The notes under the pieces were generated by a model that saw only the letters and a list, made by a program, of their open reading frames with translations, made no database searches and was not told where the DNA came from. A stretch of DNA of 38,025 nt from Octopus bimaculoides (lineage: Eukaryota), in contig NC_068982.1 in the NCBI RefSeq assembly GCF_001194135.2, forward strand, positions 177,640,596-177,678,620, read 5' to 3'. The position numbers were made by a program, and so were the translations under genes. Positions 35,765-38,025 of this stretch are shown piece after piece; position 1 is the stretch's first letter; every line of letters begins with the position of its first letter.

Positions 35765-36139
35765 TAAGTGAGGAAATAAGCGCAATTTTCCTTCCCAATC
35801 ACATGGTTCCAGTTCAGTCCACCACGTGGCGCCTTAGGAAAGTGTCTTCTTTGGACAGAGAATACAGAGAATATATTCGGTAGTCTCAGGTTGACCAAGG
35901 CCATGTGAGTGGATTTGGTAGACAGAAACTGTCGTGTATATATGTGTGTGTGTGTCTATGTGTCTTTGTGTCTGTGTTTGTGCCCCACCACCACTTGTCA
36001 ACTAGTGTTGGCTTGTTTATGTAGAATAAATACTAGGCTTTAAAAAAGTACTGAGATCCATTCTCTCGACTAAAAGCTCAAGGAGGTGCCCCAGTATGGC
36101 CGCAGTTTAATGACTGAAACAAGTAAACGATAAAAGATA
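35765..36139 (+). mobile_element. SINE, diverged copy with internal deletions (same family as 33104-33520)
   Basis: Collinear matches such as cacatggttccagttcagtcc, gtgagtggatttggtagac and atggccgcagtttaatgactgaaacaagtaaa. Confidence 0.85.
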
Positions 36140-36164
36140 GGACCATTTCTTATATACGATTGCG

Positions 36165-36440
36165 TCACCTGGAACATCAAGATAAATGTTCAAAACTTTA
36201 TCAATACTACAGAGATCGAGTGACAAACACCGTAGTCCTTAGAGAGATAAAGATCATCAGAAAGTTCCTTAAATATATAGGGAAACAACAGGCTAAATTC
36301 ATTTGACACTTTATGAGAAGAAAAGTTCTCAAAGTTCGGGGAGAAAATCGAAAAACTGAAAGGATTACGCCGGAGAAGACAGAATATATTCGATAACTTC
36401 ATTAGCGGACGTCAGAAAGACTGACCCAATAACGTACTAA
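36165..36440 (+). mobile_element. RTE-clade LINE fragment (ORF C-terminus)
   Basis: YRDRVTNTVVLREIKIIRKFLKYIGKQQAKFI*HFMRR resembles the RTE motif W.DRVTN.EVL.R...I.KRQL.F.GH.MR. Confidence 0.6.
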
Positions 36441-37159
36441 GTTGCGTATGAGTGAGAGAGATAGAAAGAGGGAGAGGGTGAGAGAGTGAGCGGAGGATGT
36501 AGAGGTACATAATTGCCGACGCCTCTGGGTTTCGCTGATCAATAATATAGTTGTTCGACCACAAAAAAAGGTACATTCAGTTATGGAGTTAGTAGCTGCC
36601 TTTCACAGACAAGTGTAAATTTAATGTAAACTGCCTGAAATTATGTGTAAGAGTGAATTCCAAAAATAGTACACTCAGAGGAGTTTCGCACAGATTAAAC
36701 TTAACCAAACTTTCACCATAATGTTTTGGGGTAATCTGAGCAGATAAAGAAGACATATGTTCGAAGGACAACGTACTCAGAAACAACCCAGTATTACATA
36801 ATTGTAAATAAACTTTTTAACTACTTGGTTAGATCTACGTCCCTAAATTCGACTAACAGCAAACATAGTTAATACATGAGGTTGTTGTGGAAAAAATTCA
36901 CGATCAAGAATCGAAAACGGATTTCGAAATACATCGAACTCTAGTTAGCTACTACGATCTTTACAATCACTGCTAAGAAAAAAAAATATGTGATTATAAG
37001 GGAAGGAATAAAAGAATACATCTACTTGAGTTCACTAGCGCCAAATGTCTTTTATTCACGCTTATTTCTAAGAAAACAAAGATAATATCGAATTTCTTTT
37101 ATTTTTAATGAATTTCTAGAAACATATTCACATCAATGAGTGTGCTTTGTTTCTATTTC

Positions 37160-37225
37160 TCGTCATACACACACGAGTACCAGTGTATGTGTATGTGTGT
37201 GCGTGTGTGTATACTTGTGCTTGTA

Positions 37226-37256
<31 letters not shown>

Positions 37257-37739
37257 NNNNNNNNNNNNNNNNNNNNNNNNNNNNNNNNNNNNNNNNNNNN
37301 NNNNNNNNNNNNNNNNNNNNNNNNNNNNNNNNNNNNNNNNNNNNNNNNNNNNNNNNNNNNNNNNNNNNNNNNNNNNNNNNNNNNNNNNNNNNNNNNNATA
37401 TATATATTATATATATATATATTATATATATATATATATAATATATGTTTGCGCGTGTATCAATATACGTATATATACGTGTATGTGCGTCTGTGTGCGT
37501 GTATGTGTGTGTCTATGTATATGTTTTATGTGTATGTTGATCGCATAGGTTCTTTAAGTTCAATTTAAAATCCTTCAAAATAAAGAATAACTTGTCTATG
37601 TTGTGTTTCTTTTTATTTCTCAATTGATTTATACCTTTCCAATTCAAAATACCTTTTCAACAAGTGTCTCTCGATAATAAAATTATAAGTGTATACATTA
37701 TATCATTATATGTGTGTAAGCGTAAATATATATGCACGA

Positions 37740-37781
<42 letters not shown>

Positions 37782-37960
37782 CGTATATATACATACAATT
37801 AAATATATAGCTATATAAATATATATCAAATATATGTGTATCTATACATATGTTGTGTAATATTTATAAACATATATATATATAATATGTATATACAAAA
37901 TATATGTGTGTATATATATATACATATACATATGTGTGTGTATATATATATATTTGTGTA

Positions 37961-38025
<65 letters not shown>
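37160..38025. repeat. (CT)n, N-gap, (TA)n and (TG)n microsatellite-rich terminus
   Basis: Read directly from the sequence; gap at 37257-37397; a unique AT-rich stretch at about 37550-37720. Confidence 0.9.

Noticed and set aside
1-38025. Most long ORFs in the supplied track ([16 protein letters not shown], poly-X, poly-K/L/S)
   Set aside because: They are translations of microsatellites or read through N-gaps and are not protein-coding evidence.

Overview
AT-rich, microsatellite-saturated eukaryotic DNA with 11 N-gaps (about 3.5 kb in total). The tRNA-derived SINE families look like those of coleoid cephalopods, probably Octopus; this is recognition from memory, not a database result. I find no intact host gene, rRNA or CRISPR array. 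Most ORF-track entries are microsatellite or N-gap artefacts. The coding-like DNA is decayed mobile-element sequence: a CR1-like LINE (about 6.15-9.15 kb), a Penelope-like element with RT and GIY-YIG domains (12.7-14.9 kb), two R4/Dong-like LINE remnants, an RTE fragment, a CR1-like 3' end and a hAT transposase relic. Other elements are a hAT MITE and several SINEs. The most interesting signals are non-coding. (1) Five divergent type-I hammerhead-ribozyme-like cores with short, palindromic or near-palindromic stem III are scattered through the window. (2) A young non-autonomous Gypsy/CsRn1-type LTR element has LTRs differing at 2 of 300 bp, a decayed interior, and a tRNA-Trp PBS displaced about 92 nt from the LTR by a hairpin and tandem-repeat spacer. 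(3) There are two long fold-back hairpins. (4) A tRNA-Thr-like cloverleaf sits inside an extended inverted repeat. All alignments and folds were done by eye.
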